Below, one piece after another: positions 34,168 through 46,140 of a stretch of DNA of 64,000 nt. A program made the translations under genes and the position numbers. The notes under the pieces are model-generated. The model saw only the letters and a program-made list of their open reading frames with translations. It was not told the origin of the DNA and ran no database searches. The stretch comes from Albugo candida (Eukaryota): NCBI GenBank assembly GCA_040437565.1, contig JBDOQK010000010.1, positions 496,001 through 560,000 of the forward strand, written 5' to 3'. The stretch's first letter is position 1. Each line of letters begins with the position of its first letter.

Positions 34168-35531
34168 TTATCTGTACTTTGCAAAACCCATTTTTGGGAT
34201 CTGTTTTCCTGTCCCCCACTCAAAAACGGTGTACATTATACGGAAAAAGACCTGGCCAAATACCCACGTCTTCCGATCGGTTTGTGGCGACAATGCCAAG
34301 ACGCAATAATTGCCTGAGCGAAACATATAATCATCGCTTGTGAGGTTCACTATCGCTTCTCCAAACTGAAATCTCAGCGTGGGAAGTTTTTCATTGTAAC
34401 AGAGAGCGACATACCGTCCATTGAGAAACGCAAAAGAGAAGCCTTCACGATCCAATGCCAGTATAATTGTGTTCAATTCCATTTTCGGGACCATGATCCC
34501 GGCTCTAGCTGGATTGAATTGTGCGATCATAAGATGATTGTCCAAGATAGCTTCATGATCAAGCTTGACTTGACTGAATTCGATCGTCCATGGCTCATCG
34601 GTGTCACATACTGCGACATATGACAACGCCCCATGAATCGGATCGACCTCTCCGATAACGAGTTCGCCGTACGATTCGTTGTATATGTAAAATGAATAGA
34701 CGTTCAACGTGTATTGCCTGGATTTCAAGAAGTGGTAGAAGGGTGTGTCGTACATATTCAGATTGGTTGTGGTCTTGTACCCAGATCCGAGTACTCCTTG
34801 ATACTGATCNNNNNNNNNNNNNNNNNNNNNNNNNNNNNNNNNNNNNNNNNNNNNNNNNNNNNNNNNNNNNNNNNNNNNNNNNNNNNNNNNNNNNNNNNNN
34901 NNNNNNNNNACGATTCGTTGTATATGTAAAATGAATAGACGTTCAACGTGTATTGCCTGGATTTCAAGAAGTGGTAGAAGGGTGTGTCGTACATATTCAG
35001 ATTGGTTGTGGTCTTGTACCCAGATCCGAGTACTCCTTGATACTGATCGCGTTTCATAGAGTCTAATGGTGCGCCAGCGCTAGCGATTATGATTTTTTCA
35101 TTTCGGGCTTGCATTTTCCCCAATTGTAAATCATCTCTTGCATAATATCCGTCAATCTGAATGTTATTTTCGCCAGGGATCGAAACGTACGAAGTCCACC
35201 ATCTCCGACGAAAAAGGTTTTGATCGTAAAATTTCTGGGGAATCCAAAATACAGTCGAGTCAGTAACGACTTTTATACGAAAATCTCGGCTTGTTTCAAT
35301 AGTCAGAGGGTTTGCAGGCTTACCAACCGAAATAGTGAGCAAATAATGCTGGGAGGACCAGTACACGTTTGCGTTCATTGCAAATTCCGACAGCGAATTC
35401 CCTGTGGAAATGTTTCCTTGTCCGACTATAGAGATTGGTATACGCTCGACAGTGGTCATCGGTGAATTAATGCTTTGATCGCGAAAGCCCGGAAGGACCG
35501 AAAAGCCGATAAGCGTTGAAAGAATAGTCAT
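34168..35531 (-). CDS. Pepsin-fold (A1) aspartic protease homologue, predicted catalytically dead (~374 aa after collapsing the gap duplication)
   Basis: YLLTISVGKP, GYYARDDLQLG, YQGVLG, GELVIGEVD, LPTLRFQFG, WVFGQVFFRIMYTVF...MGFA. Both DTG motifs degenerate. Hydrophobic N-terminus. Confidence 0.82.
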
Positions 35532-35958
35532 AATAACTGGTTCTTACTTTTCCGCTTATTGATCTCTCCACTTTCTCCAATGAGAAATAGCAATTTGACG
35601 ACAGAGAAAAAGTCGTACTTGCGCTTCCATAATTCCATAGAATGTGGAAAAAAGTAGCACTATGCAGCATATCTGATCAAATGCCCATTCTAAAGTGCTT
35701 GCGGGCAGCCATCGTTGTCTGACGCTCTTTTTTATTTTTTTTGGATAAGGTCAGAGCGCCTCGGCGTATCCTGAGCCACAGCAAAGTAGCCTTAAACATG
35801 CTCCTGCATTTGAGGAGTCTGCCGTGTATTTCCTTTACAAATCAAATGGACGTGTGATGATACAGCGTCCAGCGTTGTGTCCATTTCATTTTTTATATTT
35901 GTATTTTTACCATTATACTGCAAAAGCCTCGAATGAGGTGACGTCCGATGCGACGAAT

Positions 35959-38550
35959 TTACCAAGATGAAGCGCTCTGAGTGTATCGCAGCACACCATT
36001 CTTTTTCGTATGCTTAGTAACGACTCTTATTCGTCCTTCCACACTTTGTAACAACAAAAATAAAACTTTCTTGTCGGCAGATACCATCACATTGGACGCT
36101 GAGAGATCTTGTAATATCCGCGCATGTAATTTTTCGTCGAAAATGACTGCTTCTTCGGTCAAAACGCTCTGTAACAGTAACACCGTCTGCGAGTAAGCTT
36201 TGTAGGCCGTATCCCATTGCCCCAAAACTTCCTTCATCGCACCTTCCTTGCCCAGTTGAATCACGTGGGCATAGATAATACCGTCAGGACGAAGAACCAC
36301 ATTGGAACAGCTCTTGATGCATTCCGGACTACTTGATCGTATAAACTTCCGACAACGATCAGCTCGATCAATGCAAATTGCCAATTGTTCCATTAGATAC
36401 GCAATCGTCACTTTGCGACTGGGTAAGCTCCAATGGTTGGCCAAAGCGGACCAAGGTTGGGAAGACTGGCGTCTTACTATCTCAGGATCTTGATGCATAT
36501 ACGTAATTGCATTCTTGATGAGCCGCAAACACTTGATGTATAATGATAGAGCTTCCCCGGAAGAAAGAAATCGTTCCCTTTCCAAAACTGCGTGTGAGGA
36601 GGATCCATCGTCCGAGTTATCCCATCGCCCCGATGCTGCGGGATCATTTGTGCTGGCAGGAGCTTGGCGAGATGCCGGTGCATCGCTACTTCGTGAGGAT
36701 GCCGATGACGATTCCGGGCTCATTGAGAAAATTGAGATAGCGTTCAGTGAGTGGTGTTGTTGCTCGGTGCTCGAGATGGGCTCCAACGAAACGATCTGTT
36801 CATGGAGCTGTAGGGATAGAAACCACATTTTTTCAGCCAGAGTTGCAACAGCTTGGATACGATGTATGGTGGCATCCACAGTTTGTTGAGCAAGCCTGGG
36901 AGTAGCTGAGTGCATGGCTGTTTCGGCTTCAGAGGTTGTGATAGTAGAACTCACAATTGCGTCCTGTGAGGTCGATGCGTTTCCAGCAACAGAGGTTCTC
37001 GGAGATGAAGGCTTCAAGCCGTCCCTTCGTATAGACGTACTTGCCAGCTTTCCTTGTTTGCTACTCTCTACCAAGACGTATTCTTCGCTGCTGTCAAGGA
37101 TGTGATTTTCCGTTCGAAATGGCGGACAACTGGTATAATGTTTTGCCAAAGCATGTGGATCATGCAGAGGTACTGAAATTCCTTTCGTACTTATGTCAAT
37201 ACCACGATTAGTCCCACTGTTTCTGCTCAACGTTTGGTTTGTGATATTTTTGAATGGATTGATCCGTGGGCTTGGAATGACTCCTCCATCGGGACTTCGT
37301 TGTGGGCTCAACTTTGGACTATTCCCATTGATTTTACTAAAGAAACGATTTGAAGATGTGAGTCGTTGAACCGTGTTGGACTTCAAGCACATCGGCTGAG
37401 ATCGTGGAGTACTTTCCGCGTTGTCTTCCTGTCGCTGCATTGTTCGGTTGTCTTGTGCGTTCTTAGTCACGGTTTGCAAGAGTTCATTGTTAATATTCAG
37501 TGACATATGCGAGCCTGCAGAACTCAGCGGCTGTGCATTGGACAATCTCGGCAGACTTTTATCAGCCAAATCTGCTTCCAGTTGTTGTCGATCCTCAGCG
37601 TGAATATTCGGAGCTGTTACAGGAAGCGAATGCAACGTGACATCACGGCTTTCAGTGGCGTTTTCTTTTATTCCAAGATCGTAATCATTCGTGCTATCTC
37701 CCTCCACGACCAGGTTCACAAAAGGATGCTGGAAAAATTCTTCAAAGCCGGTGCGTGTCAAAGGGCTTCTCTGAAGGAGGCCTTTCAATAGGTCGATGCA
37801 AGGCTCTGAGAATGCTGCGGAAGGAGGAAATCGTAGCTCTGTGCGCTCAATATTCGCTAACAATTGTACATGATTTGCACCTCCAAACGGCGGTCTCCCG
37901 ACAAGCACTTCATACAAAATAGTTCCAATCGACCATAAATCCGCTTTGGCGTCATATTTCTGAAATTTGAGAATTTCTGGGGCCATATACAAAGGCGAAC
38001 CACAAAGAGTTTCTGCCATCGAGGTCGTTGTCAAATGACGTGCGAAACCAAAATCTGCAATTTTAAGAGTAGCGTTGGGCGAAAACTCACTCAATAACAG
38101 ATTTTGTGGCTTTAAATCTCGATGCACCCAGTGATGTTGCCATAAGCAGTACATTCCTTTGGCGAGCTCATGAAGAAAATGCTGAGCAATGTTTTCCGGC
38201 AGTGCGGTCGATCCCCGGTCATCGCTGTCCTTTGGCTGGTTGTATCGCTTCATAAATTGCTGTAAATCGCCTCCAGCGCAATATTCCAACATCAAATAAA
38301 TGTGCTTTTCGGTCTTTTTGATATCATGCAATTTCACGATATTCGGATGATTAATTTGACGCATTATAGCGATCTCAGACTCTAAGTTCTCTAATAATTT
38401 CTTATTTAGTTTTTGTAGACTTAGTGCTTTTATGGCAACAGGTAGCTTTGTTAGTTTGTGATATCCTTTATACACTACCGCAAAGGAGCCACTACCAATC
38501 TTACTGGTGACTACATAGTCCCCAATGGAGCCACTCGACCCTCGCGACAT
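35959..38550 (-). CDS. ATG1: ATG1/ULK autophagy kinase
   Basis: IGSGSFAVVYKG, LENLESEIAIM, HRDLKPQNLLL, KIADFGFAR, MAETLCGSPLYMAPEIL...KYDAKADLWS; AIM-like EEYVLV; C-terminal MIT-like helices (EALSLYIKCL...). Confidence 0.95.
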   Translation of the reverse strand: MSRGSSGSIGDYVVTSKIGSGSFAVVYKGYHKLTKLPVAIKALSLQKLNKKLLENLESEIAIMRQINHPNIVKLHDIKKTEKHIYLMLEYCAGGDLQQFMKRYNQPKDSDDRGSTALPENIAQHFLHELAKGMYCLWQHHWVHRDLKPQNLLLSEFSPNATLKIADFGFARHLTTTSMAETLCGSPLYMAPEILKFQKYDAKADLWSIGTILYEVLVGRPPFGGANHVQLLANIERTELRFPPSAAFSEPCIDLLKGLLQRSPLTRTGFEEFFQHPFVNLVVEGDSTNDYDLGIKENATESRDVTLHSLPVTAPNIHAEDRQQLEADLADKSLPRLSNAQPLSSAGSHMSLNINNELLQTVTKNAQDNRTMQRQEDNAESTPRSQPMCLKSNTVQRLTSSNRFFSKINGNSPKLSPQRSPDGGVIPSPRINPFKNITNQTLSRNSGTNRGIDISTKGISVPLHDPHALAKHYTSCPPFRTENHILDSSEEYVLVESSKQGKLASTSIRRDGLKPSSPRTSVAGNASTSQDAIVSSTITTSEAETAMHSATPRLAQQTVDATIHRIQAVATLAEKMWFLSLQLHEQIVSLEPISSTEQQHHSLNAISIFSMSPESSSASSRSSDAPASRQAPASTNDPAASGRWDNSDDGSSSHAVLERERFLSSGEALSLYIKCLRLIKNAITYMHQDPEIVRRQSSQPWSALANHWSLPSRKVTIAYLMEQLAICIDRADRCRKFIRSSSPECIKSCSNVVLRPDGIIYAHVIQLGKEGAMKEVLGQWDTAYKAYSQTVLLLQSVLTEEAVIFDEKLHARILQDLSASNVMVSADKKVLFLLLQSVEGRIRVVTKHTKKNGVLRYTQSASSW

Positions 38551-38858
38551 TACGAATGAGCAATCAATATCAAAGTGATTTCTTCAAAAGTCACGCCTTT
38601 GCGTTTTTCTCTAATCTCTAAGTACTGAAGTATCGGTACACAGTCCGGTTAAATATTGATTGAGAGACTATGATCTCAAGAGCTTCGCGGAGTAGCAGAA
38701 ACAGACAATTTGACTTGACGTTCATATGCGAACTTTATTTGGTGGAAGAGCTTACTGCATGTATCTGTATTCGTTGTCGTGTAAGAGATGGTGTAACGTC
38801 GTTGTTTGGCTCGTTGAAGCAGGTCCAAGGCGAAATTAGTTTATTTTAGTCATGTGAG

Positions 38859-39532
38859 CTACAGTTGATCCGGCGTTACTGGATGGAGCAATGGGATGAT
38901 CGACCTTTTTTGCTTATCTCTAGGAAGAGCCTTCCGCATATCTGCAAAGTGTGAGTACGTGAAGCAAGTTGATTCGAATACCTTACCGAATGCATCTTCA
39001 GTATCCGAAATACTGGAATAATATCCGAGCACACGACGATAAACTGAGTATCCAAACTTTTCATACATGCTGATAGCAACAATATTGGAGACACGGACGA
39101 ATAGATCAACAAAGTATCCATCGTATGTTTCAACTGTCACATTTTCCAAATGCTCCATCAACTGCTTGGCAAGTCCGAGTCGGCGATACTCTGGCGCCAC
39201 TGTCACAGCTGTTACATGTCCATGCCAGTTCTGTCCTACGCCTTCAGCTTTTCCCATTACTACGCACGACTAGTTGGTGTATAGACTCCAAGTACTCTAA
39301 GAACACCTACTGTAACCCATGATGTTGTTATTGGGGTCTTCCTGAACCAGAAAATAATCGGGCCATTTGGCCAAGTATTGAAGGTAAAAAGCCATGTTGT
39401 ACTATAATAAGTAAGTGAGCGTTTTCATGCCAGCTTAGGAGATCGTATACGTACAGTTTCCGTCAAAACATCCAAATTGACATTGTTAAAGCGCAAAAGA
39501 TCGTCACAGCAGAATTTTCGCGTCGAAGTCAT
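38859..39532 (-). CDS. NAA20: NatB N-terminal acetyltransferase catalytic subunit, 4 exons
   Basis: MTSTRKFCCDDLLRFNNVNLDVLTET|YNMAFYLQYLAKWPDYF...MGKAEG...WHGHVTAVTVAPEYRRLGLA...FVDLFVRVSN...EDAF|DMRKAL. Confidence 0.95.
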
Positions 39533-39694
39533 TTTCGTTGGGTACAGCAGTACACCTGAAACTTTATACCGAACGTAAGGCGGGGTGATGAAAGAAATTT
39601 ATATCTGACAGGTGCTTTTAATGAAGCGTTATCTTGCACTATCACCGACTTTTGGGCTTACTGAAGCGCTGAAACACTGCTTGATATTTGTATT

Positions 39695-40453
39695 ATGACA
39701 CATCAAGAGACGTTGCTTAAGCAGCGACTTCCATGCGGCTCCCAATACCTTTCAAGCATTCAGAGATTCACTGAGAGTCCGACTGCGAGTTCTGATAATA
39801 AAACACTCGACAGCGACGCAAGTGTACACGGAGAGGATATCGATACTTGCCTGTACGGATCTGTTGTTGGAATAGAGCAGCTGATGAAGCTAGGGAGGAA
39901 AAGGAGCACGGAAGCAGATCCTATTCGTCCGTCATGTAAAGGATTTACATCTTCATTGTCTCCTTGTGCATTCAACGCAATAAGACGATACTCTTACGGT
40001 AGTAATCAGACAACTGATACGGCAGAATCCGTCAAGTCGGAAGGATACTGCGAAGAATGTGATAGAACTGAAGCAAAGCAACACTGCGAGGAATGTGGAA
40101 TGAAATTCTGCTTTGAATGTGATGCACACTGGCATCGTAAGGGTAGACTCCGGTATCATAATCGGACTTTGCTAAATTCTGCACTCTCGTCGCAAAAGAG
40201 TTACGCTCCAATGACTCTATGTGAGCCATTTGTTGAAGATAAAGAACCTATACAATGGGCCGTGCAAGATGTCATCACGTGGTTGCGATCACTGGACCTC
40301 GACATCTTTTTGCCAGAAGTCGAGAAATTTAAAATTGATGGGGTCTTTCTGTTATCGAACCGAATGGATGCATTTCTCAACAGTACGTCCCAGAAAATGC
40401 GTGGAGAGAAAAGAAAGTTTGCAAGAGAGATTCTAAAGCTGAAAAGAAGGTGA
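39695..40453 (+). CDS. B-box zinc finger + SAM domain protein
   Basis: CEECDRTEAKQHCEECGMKFCFECDAHWHRKGRLRYHNR (B-box); WAVQDVITWLRSLDLDIFLPEVEKFKIDGVFLL (SAM). Confidence 0.8.
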   Translation: MTHQETLLKQRLPCGSQYLSSIQRFTESPTASSDNKTLDSDASVHGEDIDTCLYGSVVGIEQLMKLGRKRSTEADPIRPSCKGFTSSLSPCAFNAIRRYSYGSNQTTDTAESVKSEGYCEECDRTEAKQHCEECGMKFCFECDAHWHRKGRLRYHNRTLLNSALSSQKSYAPMTLCEPFVEDKEPIQWAVQDVITWLRSLDLDIFLPEVEKFKIDGVFLLSNRMDAFLNSTSQKMRGEKRKFAREILKLKRR

Positions 40454-41051
40454 TCGTACAAGAAACCACTGCATTATTTGAATGTAGAATGCGATTCGGG
40501 ATGGTAGAATGTTACCCAACACAGAAGTCAACACTTGTAAATCGCAGCGACAATTTATAATTGTCAAAGTAATTATCAATTTTTGCCAGATCAAATGAAA
40601 GTTTTTCGCTAAATGAAGCAGAGGCCCATCAGAGTTGACAGTGTATCACGTTATCATATTAATTGGTTTTAAGGTCGCAATTCGTCAATGGTTTGTATGG
40701 TGGCATTACATGTCCTGCTCGACTGGATATGTAATCTATCGTTAAACCCAGCAGCATCACCTATGAATAAAGCAACGATAGGGGTAATCACCAGCATATT
40801 ATCAAGATGCATTTTATGACTGTAGCGATCGTCCTTTTGGATTACGCGACGACTATAAAGTACTATAGCATCGGAGATCGTGCTGTCTCTTTTTCATCAC
40901 AGGACCGAGACCAAACAAACGGAATTTCTACTAGAAAATCGCCCTTTCTGAATCATGCAAACGTGCTGATAATCATCATTGTCAGAAGCCCAATAGTAGA
41001 ATCAATCTAAAAACCATTCACCTCGCATAATCGACTCGACTCACTTGCATA

Positions 41052-42374
41052 ATGTCTGCAGTCTCTACCCATCAAGCCCCAATTTATATTGCTACAAAGT
41101 GCCTTTCAATCGATGAAGAGTCTCATACAAACCATTCTGTTTCACTTCCATGGCCACCAAAGACGAATGAGGAGATAGAAAGCTTACTTGTGTACGGAAA
41201 CCAATTTGTGGATCACGCGATATATCAAGAGGAAGAATGTAAGACATCGGACACGTATACCCAAGGTCCACAAGCCTTTTCTTCCAACAAGTATTACTCC
41301 CCAACAAGCTACGAAGAGGATATATTCCCTTCGTCCGCATACACTTTCGAAAGCTTGCATAAGCGTTTGCAGTACTCGATTCTGCGGAAGAAGGAAAAAC
41401 TGATTGAAATGCTTCACTCCCATCTTCGAACACAGTCGTTCCAGCAAAGACCTCGTTCTATCGTAGCAAATATATCTTCTCAAGATGAATCTATACCATC
41501 TGTCGATGATTTAGCAGAAAACAAGACGCAAGCCCTGCGACCGCTAACGAACAAGGTGACAAAAGTTGTTCTTGCAGCTGCTTCGTTCCGAGCAACTCCG
41601 TCCTCGGGACGGACCGCTGATTCAGCAATCATCATGGATGATAGAACATTTCTTCGGTTTGAGGCGCACGGCTACAAGCTCACGAAGCAGCATTTGCTTG
41701 ATACAGTTCACCATTTGTGCACCTTGCACAATGCAATCAAATCGCTTGGAGCTAGTGCACAGATTCTGCTGGATGCGACCAATGTAGGAAAAGGTGAAAA
41801 CAATCTGGGGACTCGTCTGTCGCATCTTATACACGATCATGATTCTGTGATGGTGAGATTGAGCTCATTAATCTCAATAGGGACCGCAGTGATGATTTGT
41901 GCTACACTTAGAGAGGCTTAAGGGACGAACTGGCACCTCAGACTCAACGCAAGGTCAAGTTATTGGATCGATTCCGATATCAAATAAAGAAGCGCAACAA
42001 TCTCAGAGTAGATCTTCTCTCACAACGGCGAAAAGTACCTTTTTCTTTTGCTTGAGCAGCGAACTAAAACCTACTTTTTCAGATTTTACAGCTGCAATCC
42101 CATGCGATGAGAAAAGAAGAAAACGACAGCGATATCAGCAGAATGGATTTCTTGCAAGAAAAAGTGAGATGTTGAGTGTGTATACGCATAGCTCTTACGA
42201 TTACTGTGATGCTGATAGTTTCATCAGAGAAGAAGGGAGCTCGAACAACGAACTCTCGCCATCGAGCAAGTTTTTCAAATGCAATCCGATTTGGACGCCT
42301 ATATTGTGTATCCAGAAATCAAGGCGGTTCATGAAATGCTGCTTCGGATTTTTGCGAAGCATTCAAAGACTTGA
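41052..42374 (+). CDS. Hypothetical coiled-coil protein, possibly BAR-like, 4 predicted exons
   Basis: Long ORF plus three GT-AG introns gives ...DELAPQTQRKVKLLDRFRYQIKKRNNLRVDLLSQRRK|ILQLQ...|RRRELEQRTLAIEQVF...SKT*, reminiscent of BAR helices 2-3. Confidence 0.45.
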
Positions 42375-42541
42375 CTTATTTCCCACTATCCCGATAACAA
42401 TTTTTTCAGTATTGTGACGCGCCTTAATTGTCTCACGTTCCATCCGTCACAAACTGCCTTATGCGAATACTGAAATAGCAGACAACACCATAAGTTATGC
42501 TTTCTGCCAATCATAACTGCATTAAAGCAATCAAAGCCGTC

Positions 42542-43824
42542 ATGTTAGTGGAGGCTATCAAACGCACTTTGATTCTATCGAAATCATGCAGGATAGCTAC
42601 TTTTCAATCACTATTTACCACTTGTGGGAGAACACTTCAATTAATGGAGCGAAAGAAGGTTACCGCGACGGATCTCCGCGTTTTGAAGCTTAGAGGAAAA
42701 CCAATTACAATGATTACAGCATACGATTATCCATCCGCCGTGCACGTCGATCTTGCGGGGTTTGATGTTCTTCTTGTCGGGGATTCGTTAGGTATGGTTG
42801 AACTGGTAATGCGAACAAAGGCTTTGAATTCTGCTTTCGACTGATCGTGTTTTATTCAGGGAATGAGCACGACACTGCCCGTTACTCTGGACGATATGAT
42901 ACACCATTGCAAGGCTGTGAAACGGTAACGAGAACAGCATTAAATTTATGAGCAAACACATTCTATATATCATATTTGGTAGCGGCGCCACACGACCGCT
43001 AATTCTCGTGGATTTGCCTTTTGGAACGTGTGAAGGCTCACCTTTTGAAGCTCTTTCAAACGCTCAAAGACTACTGAAGGTGATATTGTGGCCCTCAAGT
43101 CAATGTAGCTTTATAATACGACGACGACTTTGGTGTAGGAAGGCGGTGCAGATTGCGTCAAAATCGAAGGAGGTCAGGAACGAGCAAAGACGAGTGAGAA
43201 ACATCAAGATGTCGCCTGAGATGATCGTATTAAGATACATTTTGCGCAGTCAGAACAATTGTAGATGCGGGAATTGCGGTTGTGGGACATGTTGGACTTC
43301 GTCCGCAGCACATCAGTGTCATGGGTGGGTTCCGAGCACAAGGGCGAACAGCTGAACAAGCTGAGAAAATCATTGAGGATGCTATTGCTATTGAAAAAGC
43401 CGGTGCTTTCGCTCTTGTGATTGAATGTGTACCATCAACAGTAGCGAAACACATCACCGACATTCTAGAGATTCCAACTATCGGGATAGGAGCAGGACCG
43501 CATACATGCGGCCAAGTGCTAGTTTTCCATGATCTATTGGGAATGCTGCAACACCCTCATCACGCTCAATTCGTTCCAAAGTTTTGCAAGCGATACGCTG
43601 ACGTAGGACAAGCAATTCGAAAAGGTTTGGAAAATTATCGTGACGACGTGGAAAATCGTACTTTTCCGAGCGAGCAGTACACTCCCTATAAAATGACACA
43701 AGAAGAAGAAGAAAAACTGCAACTTCGTGTGTCAGAACGATTTGAGCCGCGTAAAAAGAACGCAGCTGCACCATCCAGCGATGACAAAACAATGCAATCA
43801 GAACCGCCCATCAAATTGTACTGA
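42542..43824 (+). CDS. panB: 3-methyl-2-oxobutanoate (ketopantoate) hydroxymethyltransferase with probable mitochondrial presequence, multi-exon
   Basis: [49 protein letters not shown]...[19 protein letters not shown]. Confidence 0.95.
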
Positions 43825-44478
43825 AGGTTATCCACCACTCGCTGATTCGGCACAGAGTCTACGCGGCCTTTGGAGCGATGGTTGCATCTATCCTTATTGT
43901 TCTGCCGATATGTGTGCTTGCGCATATGATGTACGCATCCTTCTTCATTGAATGAAAAATCCGCTCAAACAAACCTCAGTATCTTTCGAGAAAATAGTCT
44001 CTTTCAAAATAATTCGAATAAAATTCCACCCGTTGATGCTTCCCAGTTTCTCCGAACTAGACTAATAAAAAACAGATCGCATTCAAGGTCTTGACCGTTT
44101 TTGTGCAGCTTAGAAACAAAGGTGTATGTCAAGATACTGCACTCTATGAGCCCCTTACCAATAGCTAACATCTGTTTTGTGCAATCTTTAAGCATGTCGT
44201 CTATCACTTCGGGCCGTGATGACACTTTGTTTTACTTTGTTGGCTGCTTGGCGGTACTATAGTATAAAGTGCTGTCGGCTTTGCCTGGTCTATCGCAAGC
44301 ATTTATTGAGCCATTTTCGACTTTAATTCCTAAAATAACACCATATCAGTTTTATCCATGCACTCGATGGTATATATAAGCCTACTGCCTGCTCGAAAGT
44401 TGCGCTCTTATACAACAAGTTTGGCCACATTACTCAAGCCTTCGAAACCCAATTATATGATGGCAAAAGTACTGTATT

Positions 44479-45766
44479 ATGGGCCGTCATCGCACGCACC
44501 GTAAGAATATAAAAAAGCGCAAAAATCGACGGTTTTATGCGCAGCTGTACGCGTCCTGGGTGGAAAAGGTAAGTGGGATTGTGATCACATAAAGTCATTG
44601 ATGAAGGATACTATGTCAACGTTCCAAGCAATCTGAGAATCAATGGGAAATAGAGCAAATGCAGAGCGAAGAAATCAGCCAACGAGTACATGAAAAGTGG
44701 ATACGCGAGACAACGAAGAGTCAATATCTAAGCCGTCAAAAGCGGAAATCGACTCAGCGCCTACACCGCAGAAAAAGCGGCTGTTCTGTTGGCGTGAGAG
44801 CAAATGTAAAAGAAGTGAATGGTCGTAATATCACTGCGTCAGCAATTGCACCGAGTCGTGCTGGACACATCACTAATGAGTACAGTAGCAATCAAATTGA
44901 TATTCTGCTAGTAAGCGAATCTCTCCATCATCTCAAGAAAAGAGACTTATTTGATTATCGATACTTTAGATTCAAGAAATTCAAAAGAGAGCCTATAAAG
45001 CGATGCAGGATGCAACGGTTCGTGCATACTTGAGCTGCTTTGAGGGCATTGATATGATGCGGACCCTTTGGAAATCAAGGTTCCACGAAGAATACCAGCG
45101 ATACCATGTCCGTTTTACACTCGGACAGGTTGTTGTCCTTTTGGAAAGCATCGGTGCAACCGATCTCATCAAACACCCAGATCAAGTAAATTCCTGCTGC
45201 TTAAGGTACCCTCAAGCGCCACAATTTTTTTCCGATTGTAAACTTGCTCGTATTAGCATTTTTGTATGGATGTTTTACTTGTGGAAGCGAGAGATACCGA
45301 GCTGATGTATGACTTAAGTCTATATTTGTCACAGATTGCTTCAATTGTGCGTATGGAGGTACATGTGCTTCATCGAAACTAGTTCATAGCGTTTCCTGAC
45401 TTCTTACAAAATTTTTAACAGTTGGTGCAGAACCTTGCAAGTCATCTACGCGGTAATGTCTACATCGAATTCGAGTCGGAAGAGGGAGCCAAACAGGCTT
45501 GGCAATCACTCCGTGTGCGTTACTACAAAGGGCGCATTCTTGATCCCGAACTGGTGCCGATGGTCGATTGGCCAGCTAGTGTGTGTGGTGCTTTTATGCA
45601 AGGAGCATGTACACGAGCAAATGAGAATTGCAACTACTTACATCTGTACCATTGCAAGCGAACGAGTATTACACTGAAAAAGCGAAAAGCAGAAAAAGGA
45701 GAATGTTTTGAAGATATTTTGCAATACTTTGAGCAGCCTTCGAGCACAAATGCACAAAAGGGATAG
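44479..45766 (+). CDS. ZRSR2: U2AF35-related protein (CCCH-UHM-CCCH), multi-exon
   Basis: Basic N-terminal extension; CPFYTRTGCCPFGKHRCNRSH; NLASHLRGNVYIEF...RYYKGRIL...WPASVCGAFMQGACTRANENCNYLH. Middle exon boundaries uncertain. Confidence 0.8.
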
Positions 45767-46140
45767 CATTGAACGTATAATGCCTCATTGGCATTATTCA
45801 CACTAAGCTATCATGATATCCGATAAAATCCACCGAGCCAGTACACATATCAACTCAGTGCGCTTGGCTTATAGAGTACAATATTTCAGGTAGCCTTCCG
45901 ATGATTTGATAGCCTGTAAGCAAATCGAAGAGTTCTGGATCGTACAATCTCATGGTATCATATGAAAAGTGCTGGCACAGAGGGTACAGGTCGAGAGCTG
46001 CCATCTTACAACGTCTTTTGCGGTGCTCTGTATGATTTCATCGATGTCAATGCTTCCAAATTCTTAACGAGGAGTCACAATGTCGTAGAACATCATCATA
46101 TGATCTCACATTGACTGTGCTAGATGGCAAGCTCAATTCT

